Positions 1 to 6,903 of a DNA stretch of 64,000 bases are shown piece by piece. Source of the DNA: a virus; IMG/VR virus record IMGVR_UViG_3300022744_000001, positions 2,022 to 66,021 of that record; one strand, written 5' to 3'. How positions within the stretch are numbered: position 1 is the first letter of the stretch; each line of letters opens with the position of its first letter. The translations under genes were made by a program, and so were the position numbers. The notes beneath the pieces were generated by a model. It was given only the letters and a program-made list of their open reading frames with translations. It did no database searches and was not told where the DNA came from.

Positions 1-198
1 GCTCTCCACCCAGACGTCTCCGTAGCCGCATTCGAAGAAATCGTAGCCGTGCTTGACAGGGTCAGTGAGCCCTGACGACCGAACGGCCGCTTGGAAGCGC
101 CCGCCGTCCGGACTGCACCCGCCCGACTTCGCGATTATGAAATGCATTACCAGGGCAATGCACCAGCCCCAGAACGTAGCGGATGATTCGCTTGACAT
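1..198 (-). CDS. hypothetical protein, N-terminal part only (ORF runs off window start)
   Basis: ATG at 196-198 on the reverse strand, then 66 sense codons to position 1 without a stop. Hydrophobic stretch ATFWGWCIALVMHFIIA. Absent from the ORF track because the window edge truncates it. Confidence 0.3.
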   Translation of the reverse strand, partial: MSSESSATFWGWCIALVMHFIIAKSGGCSPDGGRFQAAVRSSGLTDPVKHGYDFFECGYGDVWVES

Positions 199-258
199 AG
201 GCCAGGTGGTACACCGGATCTGCTTGATTCCTTCACTAGCTCAGGCTCTAATCGAGCT

Positions 259-504
259 ATGGCTAGGCTGAAATTCTACTACTGTGAATGTGGGTGCAAG
301 GGCGCCCAGGCTTCCGCGGGCCCTCTGCACTACTGGATCTACAACGACCTTCGCGGGACGTTTACGCTCCGCCAGGGGCATGGGCACTTGGGCACCAAGC
401 TCGGGGAGTTCAAATCCCACGAGAGCGCTACATGGGCGGCCAACGACCACGCCAAGGTCGAAGCCGAGAAGATCGTGGAGCAGCTCCAACCCCTCCTCAG
501 CTGA
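259..504 (+). CDS. hypothetical small protein (81 aa)
   Basis: ATG ORF ending in TGA with G/C-rich third positions. Cys cluster YYCECGCKG. No family recognised. Confidence 0.45.
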   Translation: MARLKFYYCECGCKGAQASAGPLHYWIYNDLRGTFTLRQGHGHLGTKLGEFKSHESATWAANDHAKVEAEKIVEQLQPLLS

Positions 505-506
505 AA

Positions 507-583
507 TGGCACCCGCGTAGGGATTCGAACCCCAAACCTCATGGTCCGTAGCCATGTGCTCTATCCAGTTGAGCTACGCGGGC
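507..583 (-). tRNA. tRNA-Arg (anticodon ACG)
   Basis: Reverse complement folds as a 77-nt cloverleaf. Acceptor GCCCGCG/CGCGGGU, D-arm GCUC-AACUGGAUA-GAGC, anticodon arm CAUGG-CUACGGA-CCAUG, T-arm UGGGG-UUCGAAU-CCCUA, encoded GCCA end. Confidence 0.85.
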
Positions 584-589
584 AGAAAA

Positions 590-666
590 TGGCGTCCGCA
601 GGAAGATTCGAACTTCCAACCTTTGGCTTCGTAGGCCACTGCGCTATCCGATTGCGCCATGCGGAC
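590..666 (-). tRNA. tRNA-Arg (anticodon ACG), second copy
   Basis: 77-nt cloverleaf. Acceptor GUCCGCA/UGCGGAC, D-arm GCGC-AAUCGGAUA-GCGC, anticodon loop CUACGAA, T-arm GGAAG-UUCGAAU-CUUCC, GCCA end. Lies 6 nt from the first Arg gene. Confidence 0.8.
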
Positions 667-668
667 AT

Positions 669-744
669 TGGTGGAGAAGAAGGGACTCGAACCCTCAGCC
701 TGTCGCGTGCAAGGCGACTGCTCTTCCAATTGAGCTACTTCCCC
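669..744 (-). tRNA. tRNA-Ala (anticodon UGC)
   Basis: 76 nt. Acceptor GGGGAAG/CUUCUCC includes the G3:U70 alanine identity pair. Anticodon loop CUUGCAC, T-arm GAGGG-UUCGAGU-CCCUU, ACCA end. Confidence 0.9.
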
Positions 745-749
745 AAACT

Positions 750-824
750 TGGCACCCCAGACGGGTTTCGATCCCGCTTGTCCTGCATGAAAGGCAGGCA
801 TCCTAGCCACTAGATGACTGGGGC
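750..824 (-). tRNA. tRNA-Glu (anticodon UUC)
   Basis: 75 nt. The 5' part GCCCCAG-UC-AUC-UAGUGGCUAG-GAU has the bacterial tRNA-Glu architecture. Anticodon arm CCUGC-CUUUCAU-GCAGG, T-loop AUCGAAA, GCCA end. Confidence 0.8.
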
Positions 825-830
825 ATAAAT

Positions 831-907
831 TGGCGTCCCTCCGGGGATTTGAACCCGCGATTTGCAACTTGAGAGGCTGCTGTCCTTGCCAACTAGACGA
901 GAGGGAC
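831..907 (-). tRNA. tRNA-Glu (anticodon CUC), T-stem imperfect
   Basis: 77 nt. Acceptor GUCCCUC/GAGGGAC is perfect, with a Glu-type D region UC-GUC-UAGUUGGCAAGGAC and anticodon arm GCAGC-CUCUCAA-GUUGC. The T-stem gives only 3-4 bp in any register. Confidence 0.6.
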
Positions 908-931
908 AAAATCTGGTGTAACTTCCGGGGC

Positions 932-1261
932 ATGCCTCGCAAGACGCAACCCCCGACCGACCTTGAACGAGCGTTCAAAGCCCAGGTGAAAAACACGCTG
1001 AACGCCCTCATTTTGGGGCGAAACATCAGCCGAAATCAACTCGCCAAACGCATGGGAATCTCGATGTCCCGTCTCACCGAGATGCTGGACATACCCTCGC
1101 TGGGCAACATCTCCCGCATCTGCGAAACTCTGAACGTCGAGCCCCAGATCCGACTCAAGGCCGCGAGCCGCAATCGCCCCCCGCCGAAGCTCGAGGAGGG
1201 GGCCCTCAAAGGACGACCCAAGAATGCGCCACCAGAGGCTGAGGATGAATGTCTCGATTGA
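932..1261 (+). CDS. XRE/Cro-type helix-turn-helix protein
   Basis: 109-aa ORF from ATG 932, just past the tRNA at 831-907. HTH-like segment RNQLAKRMGISMSRLTEMLDIPSLGNISRICETLNV. The track start at 830 would overlap the tRNA. Confidence 0.55.
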   Translation: MPRKTQPPTDLERAFKAQVKNTLNALILGRNISRNQLAKRMGISMSRLTEMLDIPSLGNISRICETLNVEPQIRLKAASRNRPPPKLEEGALKGRPKNAPPEAEDECLD

Positions 1262-1619
1262 GAGGTACCTAGCCGGGTTCGAGCAAACCATCGAACGGCT
1301 CCCCGGCATCCTCGACCGCTGGGAGAGCATCGAAGACATGCTCTGCGGCGAGTACATCGACCAGCTCGAATGGATGCTCGACGTCCGGGAAGACGTCCTC
1401 AACCTCGCCGTGGAGCAAGGCCAGGGCACCCCGGTTCGTGCCCGCATGGACCGAATCAACGCCGGTCTAGGGCGCCTCAGCATCCGGATCAAAGAGGTCA
1501 TGGGCGTCGATGTTCTCGAGACCCTGACTCCAGAGTTGGAGCCCGCAGTGGGAATCGAACCCACAGCCTCCTGTTTACGAAACAGGTGCTCAACCGTTGA
1601 GCTATACGGGCGAAAGTAA
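1245..1619 (+). CDS. hypothetical acidic protein
   Basis: ATG 1245 lies 17 nt upstream of the upstream gene's stop codon, so the two ORFs overlap (...GGATGAATGTCTCGATTGA). 124 aa. The 3' ~80 nt overlap tRNA-Thr on the opposite strand, so the true C-terminus is uncertain. Confidence 0.45.
   Translation: MNVSIERYLAGFEQTIERLPGILDRWESIEDMLCGEYIDQLEWMLDVREDVLNLAVEQGQGTPVRARMDRINAGLGRLSIRIKEVMGVDVLETLTPELEPAVGIEPTASCLRNRCSTVELYGRK
1537..1611 (-). tRNA. tRNA-Thr (anticodon CGU)
   Basis: 75 nt. Acceptor GCCCGUA/UGCGGGC, D-arm GCUC-AACGGUU-GAGC, anticodon arm CCUGU-UUCGUAA-ACAGG, T-arm GUGGG-UUCGAUU-CCCAC, UCCA end. Confidence 0.85.
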
Positions 1620-1641
1620 CAGGGGCACTCGTACCCCTGTT
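1618..1641. terminator. hairpin between convergent genes
   Basis: AACAGGGG-cactcgta-CCCCTGTT, an 8-bp perfect stem between the + ORF ending at 1619 and the - ORF ending at 1646. Confidence 0.4.
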
Positions 1642-1645
1642 GAAA

Positions 1646-2623
1646 TCAGAAGTTGTCCGAAACGACAACCCAGAAGTCGCTGGCCAACTGGGTGTTCTTC
1701 GCGTAGGCGTAGCTCATCCAGAAGTACCCAGCGAGGCCCCAGTTGACGCCCCACGAGTTGCGAACGAGGAATGCACCCGTGGTGCCGTCGGGCATCTTCT
1801 TGGCGTCGTCGTAACCGACGAGCGCGACAGCATGACCGCCCTGCAAGTGTTCCGTGGGACCCGGCAAGCCAAGAAGCGCTTTCTTGGCCATGTCTGCGGT
1901 CATGAAATAATCGTAAACTTGGAACCCAAATCCAACGAGATACCCCATCGCCAACGTGGACTTCATCGTGGCGATGTCCCCGTCCGCGATCGAGTGGTAG
2001 CTCGTGATCAGCTTCGTAGCTGCCTTGGCCCAGAGGTCCGGGGTTGGGTTGACCGTGAACTTCTGGATGTTGTAAGGCCAGCTGGCCTCGTCCAAAATCC
2101 CGTACTTGACTCCGGTCTTGATGGCATCACGAATCGTGGCGCCCGAGTCTTCGTTGACGGTACCTTCGATCTTACGGGTCGCGTAATACTCAAAGAGCCG
2201 CGACACCTGGGTGAACTTCGGGGCGGGAGTCGGGGCCGGGGTCGGCGTGGGAGCCGGAGCCGGGTTGGACACCGCCACGTTGGTCGTGAACGTGACCGAA
2301 CCGTCCGCATTGACCACGACGTTCGAGGTGGTCACCTTGGCGGTAGCCGCGGTAGCTGCCAGCTTCTTCGAAGTCGCCCCGCGGAGGTCGCTGCTCTCGA
2401 TGAGGGCCGCGAACATATTCGCAGTGCAGCTCCCGAGTTCACCTTGGTCCTCGATAGGGCTGCAAATGGGTCGATTGTCGTAAGAGGGTGGGGTAGCAAA
2501 GAAGTTGCCGGACTTGAGACGGTATCCCTCGTCTCGAGCGTCAACAAGCTGCTTCTTCCAACCACCAACATGAACCCTACGAGGGGTCCCGTCCGCATGA
2601 TGTGCAGTCTTGATCATGCACAT
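1646..2623 (-). CDS. papain-family (C1) cysteine peptidase with internal insert
   Basis: 325 aa. Motifs QGELGSCTAN (catalytic Cys), GGHAVALVGYD (His) and VRNSWGVNWGLAGYFW (Asn/Trp block). A ~70-aa insert after the Cys helix ends in PAPAPTPTPAPTPAP. Confidence 0.8.
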   Translation of the reverse strand: MCMIKTAHHADGTPRRVHVGGWKKQLVDARDEGYRLKSGNFFATPPSYDNRPICSPIEDQGELGSCTANMFAALIESSDLRGATSKKLAATAATAKVTTSNVVVNADGSVTFTTNVAVSNPAPAPTPTPAPTPAPKFTQVSRLFEYYATRKIEGTVNEDSGATIRDAIKTGVKYGILDEASWPYNIQKFTVNPTPDLWAKAATKLITSYHSIADGDIATMKSTLAMGYLVGFGFQVYDYFMTADMAKKALLGLPGPTEHLQGGHAVALVGYDDAKKMPDGTTGAFLVRNSWGVNWGLAGYFWMSYAYAKNTQLASDFWVVVSDNF

Positions 2624-2679
2624 ACGCGTGAATAAGAGGGTTAGTTAGCCCGTAAAACTAGCACTTTTGCTAGTCAAAA

Positions 2680-2754
2680 TGGCTCCGAGGGTAGGGGTCG
2701 AACCTACGACCATCCGGTTAACAGCCGGACGCTCTGCCACTGAGCTACCTCGGA
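2680..2754 (-). tRNA. tRNA-Asn (anticodon GUU)
   Basis: 75 nt. Acceptor UCCGAGG/CCUCGGA, D-arm GCUC-AGUGGCA-GAGC, anticodon arm UCCGG-CUGUUAA-CCGGA, T-arm GUAGG-UUCGACC-CCUAC, GCCA end. Confidence 0.9.
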
Positions 2755-2787
2755 ATAGACTCTGTCCCGCAGGACAGGCCGTAAAAA

Positions 2788-3429
2788 CTACCGTGGTTTT
2801 GCAGTGTCACCTTGGATGTAACCCTGCCGGTCAAGCTCTTCCACGGCGAAGTGGTTCTTCCACTTGATGACCAGGTGCTTCTGCCGGAACTCGTCAACGA
2901 CGATCCGATCCGAGAAAATCGTGACGACCGAGTCGTGGTAGCCGGTTCGGTCGAGAACCTCAACTTCCTGACCCTTGCGGTAGACACGAGAGGTCTGGTT
3001 TGACCACTCATACCCAGCAAGCTCGACTTCCTCTGGGCCGAGAAGCTCTTCCAGAGGCGGTTCGGAAGCCGTGACCGAGCTGGCGAACTTGTCGCTCTCT
3101 TTGGCGGAGTCCTCGACCTTCTTTTCGAAGTCGTGAGGGTCCATGGTCCGAATGTCGAACCACAACGACCGTGCGTGATTCAAGTTGTGGCCACCGGCTC
3201 GGCCGGAGCTGTACGAGACGTACACGGCCTGGGCCTTGAACCAAACCCGAATCGTCCCATCCGGAGACGTCGCGTGCGGCACCTTGAGCCCGTCAACCAC
3301 CTTCCAACGCTCCTTCTTCAAGTGCTCGAGGATTTCAGCTCGAGCTTCAAGGAAGGTCTTGCGCTTGGCGGTCTTGTCAGAGAAGGCCGCGGCGACGCGG
3401 AGGGCGATGTCGATGGGGTGGTTGGCCAT
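2788..3429 (-). CDS. hypothetical protein (213 aa)
   Basis: ATG ORF with TAG stop and coding-like composition. No family recognised. Confidence 0.55.
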   Translation of the reverse strand: MANHPIDIALRVAAAFSDKTAKRKTFLEARAEILEHLKKERWKVVDGLKVPHATSPDGTIRVWFKAQAVYVSYSSGRAGGHNLNHARSLWFDIRTMDPHDFEKKVEDSAKESDKFASSVTASEPPLEELLGPEEVELAGYEWSNQTSRVYRKGQEVEVLDRTGYHDSVVTIFSDRIVVDEFRQKHLVIKWKNHFAVEELDRQGYIQGDTAKPR

Positions 3430-3488
3430 GTGTTCCTCTCTCTACGGGCCGCACGAAAAGAGTAGCGCACCGAAGTGCACCCTCGAAA

Positions 3489-3573
3489 TGGCTCCAGGAG
3501 CAGGATTCGAACCTGCGATTGGGTTTCCCCGCGCGGTTAACAGCCGCGTGCACTACCACTATGCGACCCTGGA
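3489..3573 (-). tRNA. tRNA with anticodon GUU (Asn) and a long variable arm
   Basis: 85 nt. Acceptor UCCAGGG/UCCUGGA, D-arm GCAU-AGUGGUA-GUGC, anticodon arm CGCGG-CUGUUAA-CCGCG. The 15-nt variable region CGGGGAAACCCAAUC contains a GGG-AAA-CCC hairpin. T-arm GCAGG-UUCGAAU-CCUGC, GCCA end. Confidence 0.7.
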
Positions 3574-3576
3574 ATA

Positions 3577-3738
3577 GGTGCGCGCGAAGCGCACCGAAAT
3601 AAAATGGGTGGAGGATCCGAGGCCGGGCATCAAAGCACCACGACCGAAGGTTCGAAGCTCTGGCCGCAACACGACGCCAACAGACCTCGGACCCTCCACC
3701 AAGGAAGGCCCCATAAGAGCCTTCCCTCGTTTCTCTTG
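3577..3738 (+). other. structured non-coding segment inside the tRNA cluster
   Basis: Three elements: hairpin GGTGCGC-gcgaa-GCGCACC (3577-3595); a long-range inverted repeat pairing 3607-3622 with 3685-3700 (15 of 16 bp); then GGAAGGC-N9-GCCTTCC followed by CTCGTTTCTCTTG (3703-3738). ORFs in the track here look non-coding. Confidence 0.3.
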
Positions 3739-3951
3739 CCTCAAGCTAGAGTCGTATCGCCCGTCATGTCCCAGCCGCTGGAGCCCCTCAGTATAGTCGA
3801 GGGTCGATCACGCTCTGGCGCTACACGCATGGAGGTACCATGCGCGACGATTCACGCTCTAACCTGTCAGATTTTCAAAGACTTACCCGATGATTTCCAG
3901 CAAGAAGCCCGGAGGCTCGTACCCGAGGGTACCTGTGCACATCGTGTAACT

Positions 3952-4028
3952 TGGTGGGCCTGCGGGGACTCGAACCCCGAACCGTTCGCTTAAGAGGCGA
4001 CTGCACTGACCAGTTGTGCTACAGACCC
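3952..4028 (-). tRNA. tRNA-Lys (anticodon CUU)
   Basis: 77 nt. Acceptor GGGUCUG/CAGGCCC, D-arm GCAC-AACUGGUCA-GUGC, anticodon loop CUCUUAA, T-arm CGGGG-UUCGAGU-CCCCG, ACCA end. Confidence 0.85.
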
Positions 4029-4077
4029 GAAATTCGCTAATCTACGTCTTGGTACCTGTCCGGAGACAAGTGAAACT

Positions 4078-4152
4078 TGGTGAGGCCAGAGAGACTTGAA
4101 CTCTCAACCGTCGGGTTAAAAGCCCGCTGCACTACCATTGTGCTATGACCTC
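4078..4152 (-). tRNA. tRNA-Lys (anticodon UUU)
   Basis: 75 nt. Acceptor GAGGUCA/UGGCCUC, D-arm GCAC-AAUGGUA-GUGC, anticodon arm GCGGG-CUUUUAA-CCCGA, T-arm GAGAG-UUCAAGU-CUCUC, ACCA end. Confidence 0.85.
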
Positions 4153-4154
4153 AT

Positions 4155-4242
4155 TGGTGGAGGATGATGGAGTCGAACCACTCAGCCTTAATGACGCCTC
4201 GTTTACAGCGAGACCTGCCTCCCGGGGCACACGTCACCCTCC
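4155..4242 (-). tRNA. tRNA-Tyr (anticodon GUA), class II
   Basis: 88 nt. Acceptor GGAGGGU/AUCCUCC, anticodon arm UCUCG-CUGUAAA-CGAGG, long variable arm as in bacterial tRNA-Tyr, T-loop UUCGACU, ACCA end. Confidence 0.75.
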
Positions 4243-4438
4243 TCAGATTTGAGAAGAGCTGAGCTTCGATAGCGATCCAACACTCCGTTTTGTGGCTTGC
4301 TCAGCATGGTTGACCCCAGGAAACGTTGAAAAAGATGCAGAAATCCACTCACCCGGAGACACTCCGGGCGTACGAGCCCCAACCCCAAACCGTGGGTTAC
4401 GGTGCAGCTGGAACTAGATTTTTGAGCCTGAAACGACT

Positions 4439-4469
4439 GAAGCCGCCCGAGGTTTCCCAGGGCGGCTTC
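4439..4469 (-). terminator. 10-bp hairpin downstream of small minus-strand ORF
   Basis: GAAGCCGCCC-N11-GGGCGGCTTC, a perfect stem 30 nt past the stop of the ORF at 4499-4696. It lacks a strong U-tract. Confidence 0.35.
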
Positions 4470-4498
4470 GAAGGTACACGGGTTTGTCCCGGTGCTTC

Positions 4499-4696
4499 TT
4501 ATCCGCCCCTTGTTCCCTCCTCCGGCTTGGCATGGCGATACGAGGAGGGTTGCCAGGGATTAAGGGTGCTCAGATCCGTGGCAATGGATGCGACGGCGCT
4601 TTCAAAGCGCTTCGCGGTCACAAACTGACCCTGACCCTGGCCGCCAACGACGACCATCGCCAAACACAAACCAGCGGCCGACGCCATTCTTGGCAT
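4499..4696 (-). CDS. small protein with signal-peptide-like N-terminus
   Basis: 65 aa from ATG 4696, preceded by GAAAGGAACG (SD-like). N-terminus MPRMASAAGLCLAMVVVGG is hydrophobic. A hairpin lies just downstream. Confidence 0.4.
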   Translation of the reverse strand: MPRMASAAGLCLAMVVVGGQGQGQFVTAKRFESAVASIATDLSTLNPWQPSSYRHAKPEEGTRGG

Positions 4697-4949
4697 CGTT
4701 CCTTTCTGGGCTGTGGTGGTGAGTATCGTTGACATGACCGTCTCTCGGTTATCGCCCCGGCGGGGCGTCTTGACACTACAGACCCCTCATAAAAGGGGTA
4801 TTGGGCTAGTCGAGGGCCTTCAAAGCCAATCGGCTAGACACCCTCAAGCTACACCGGCCGTTCCGGGGGCCGCAACCACTTTTTTCGTCACCCCTGTCGA
4901 ATTTTCTCCCAGCCCCCTCTAGTGGAAGTTCTTGTGAACTCGCCCTAGT

Positions 4950-5558
4950 GTGCTGCCCAAGACCGCCCAAGCATTCCTCGATGACGTCTCCAAGTCCGTG
5001 AAAGCATCACGGAAATTCGAGTGCGCCGCCTTCGGCTCCGAGTGGGATCGATTCGTCGAAACTTGGATGCCCACCCTTTACGATTTCGTGGCTCAAGCTC
5101 TCGGGCCCTACGGTCGGGAGCCCCTGCCGACCATCCTTCGCATGGAGGACGGGATGCACATGAGCGGGGCGACCGCGAGCTTTCACATGGGCACGGGGCA
5201 GATCCACATTTGCCAGTCGGTCGAGGGAAACCCCGGGCAAACGCTCGAGAAACTCACCCATGAACTCGTGCATGGGGCCCTGGCCCAGTTCCCGAGCGTG
5301 GACCCGTTTTACGACGAAGGGGCAGTCGATTATTCAACTTGGGTTCTCGCACACGCCCCCATCTACGGCAACCTGCGGGAGAGGGTCATCGCCTCAGCGA
5401 GTTTCAACATCAAGATGCGTCGTGAACGGGCAATGAGGGACTTGTCCGACTATGACCGCAAACGTTGGGCCGGAGGATTGTTCTACAACCTCTCTCACGG
5501 TCCAATGCTCCTAGCCAAACTCAGGATGAAGAAAGAGGCGGGCGACTTCACCTGGTAG
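4950..5558 (+). CDS. putative zincin-type metallopeptidase (HExxH)
   Basis: 202-aa GTG-start ORF with motif LTHELVHGAL and a TAG stop. No further family assignment. Confidence 0.5.
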   Translation: MLPKTAQAFLDDVSKSVKASRKFECAAFGSEWDRFVETWMPTLYDFVAQALGPYGREPLPTILRMEDGMHMSGATASFHMGTGQIHICQSVEGNPGQTLEKLTHELVHGALAQFPSVDPFYDEGAVDYSTWVLAHAPIYGNLRERVIASASFNIKMRRERAMRDLSDYDRKRWAGGLFYNLSHGPMLLAKLRMKKEAGDFTW

Positions 5559-5574
5559 TGGTGTCACCCACGGC

Positions 5575-5979
5575 ATGGAAACCCCATACGCCGTGATCGC
5601 CATCGTGCAAAAGGGCCCACTGCTCCTCGCTGTCTCCCGGAAAAACAACCCGGAAGACTTGGGCTTCCCAGGGGGCAAAGTCGAGCCCGGAGAAGACCCC
5701 GAAGCTGCTATCCGCCGCGAGCTGCTGGAAGAGACGGGGCTCTCCTCAAACCTCGTGCACAAGGTCTACGAGGCCCTCTCCGTGCACAGCAAGCTCCCAA
5801 CCTGGGCGTACCTCATCGTCCCCGGCCCGCCGTACAAACCTCGAGCCTTAGAGGCCGGTACCTGGGTGGGTTGGGTCAACGCCACCAGGATGCTCGACCC
5901 TCGGAACTCATTCGCACCGTACTATGAGGGCTTGTTCAAAGCCTTGGGCATCAAGTACACTGCGAGGCCCTCGAGATGA
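5575..5979 (+). CDS. Nudix hydrolase
   Basis: Nudix box GGKVEPGEDPEAAIRRELLEETGL fits GX5EX7REUXEEXGU. 134 aa. Confidence 0.85.
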   Translation: METPYAVIAIVQKGPLLLAVSRKNNPEDLGFPGGKVEPGEDPEAAIRRELLEETGLSSNLVHKVYEALSVHSKLPTWAYLIVPGPPYKPRALEAGTWVGWVNATRMLDPRNSFAPYYEGLFKALGIKYTARPSR

Positions 5980-5983
5980 AACC

Positions 5984-6124
5984 ATGGAAAAGATTCGAAA
6001 CCCCTACGCGAGCGCAATGGCCCGCCGCTATGGGAAAACCACCAAGGTCATGAAAGACCGCCGCAAAGGACGCGGAGGTTCACGGAACAAGAAGCGGGAG
6101 ATCCTCCACGAGGCAGATCAGTAA
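5984..6124 (+). CDS. small basic protein (46 aa)
   Basis: ATG 5984 lies 5 nt after the upstream stop. Lys/Arg-rich: KDRRKGRGGSRNKKRE. Confidence 0.35.
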   Translation: MEKIRNPYASAMARRYGKTTKVMKDRRKGRGGSRNKKREILHEADQ

Positions 6125-6161
6125 TCCTGTTGTCCCCTATCTTGAACGGGAAGGTTTCACC

Positions 6162-6491
6162 ATGAACTTGATTCTACGCGTAGCCGCCGCCGAGGCCAAA
6201 GCCGCCGCCGAGGATGAGGCCACCTGGGAGGATGCCCAAGCTGTCCTCCGTGACGCGGCCAAGGACATGGGCGTGACCTACGCTGAGAAGGGTGGCAAGG
6301 TCATCTTGACGAACAAGAAGACCAAAGACTATGGCGAGGTCACCTACTCCGGCGGGAAGGTCCACTTCGAACTGTTCGAGGAGGATGAGGACAAGCCCTA
6401 CTCAAAGGGCACCGTCACCCTCCGGTCCTTCAAAGACAGGGACGACTGGAAAGAAAAGCTCGTGATGACCGTCGAAGGTATCGCGATCTGA
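6162..6491 (+). CDS. hypothetical acidic protein (109 aa)
   Basis: ATG preceded by GGGAAGG. Coding-like composition. No family recognised. Confidence 0.55.
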   Translation: MNLILRVAAAEAKAAAEDEATWEDAQAVLRDAAKDMGVTYAEKGGKVILTNKKTKDYGEVTYSGGKVHFELFEEDEDKPYSKGTVTLRSFKDRDDWKEKLVMTVEGIAI

Positions 6492-6510
6492 CCCCGGTGT
6501 AGCCGTACTC

Positions 6511-6903
6511 ATGTGGTACGGAAGATACGACGACAGCGACCTGGCCCCGGCTCTCCCCAAACCGTGCGCCTGCGACAACGGGCCACCTTCCATCCCGCCC
6601 GACGTCGCCATGGCTCTCTGGGCCGGAAACGACGAACCCTCCATGACCATCTGGGCGCAACCCGATCCCTACGAAGGGCAGTGGCACACGGGACACCCAC
6701 GCGCGGAGTACCTATTCCTTCCCACGGCCTCCAAGGAGGAAAAGGAACTCGAGCAAGCCATCTTCAATGCCTTAGACGCGGGGCTCGATGCCATGTTCCT
6801 ACTGAAAGCGACCCAGGACGTCGTCCAGAAGTGGGCAAGGGCTCACGTCATAAAGGGCGAGCGCCTTGCCGACTGGGAACGTCACGTCAGCTCGGATCAG
6901 TAG
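6511..6903 (+). CDS. hypothetical protein (130 aa)
   Basis: ATG ORF with TAG stop. No family recognised. Preferred over the overlapping 389-aa frame at 6513..7682. Confidence 0.5.
   Translation: MWYGRYDDSDLAPALPKPCACDNGPPSIPPDVAMALWAGNDEPSMTIWAQPDPYEGQWHTGHPRAEYLFLPTASKEEKELEQAIFNALDAGLDAMFLLKATQDVVQKWARAHVIKGERLADWERHVSSDQ

Noticed and set aside
830-931. N-terminal extension of the HTH ORF (track start 830)
   Set aside because: It would be translated across the tRNA-Glu(CUC) gene on the opposite strand. The ATG at 932 gives a compact HTH protein.
3607-3700. Retron msr/msd or tmRNA
   Set aside because: Flanking inverted repeats and a ...CUCCACCA end are suggestive. However, there is no reverse transcriptase nearby, no tag-peptide reading frame, and I could not build a T-arm. 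It is kept only as an unclassified structured element.
3578-3993. Plus-strand ORFs 3578..3796 and 3604..3993 within the tRNA cluster
   Set aside because: The translations are low-complexity, the ORFs run through hairpins and into tRNA-Lys on the opposite strand, and there is no RBS. I treat them as non-coding.
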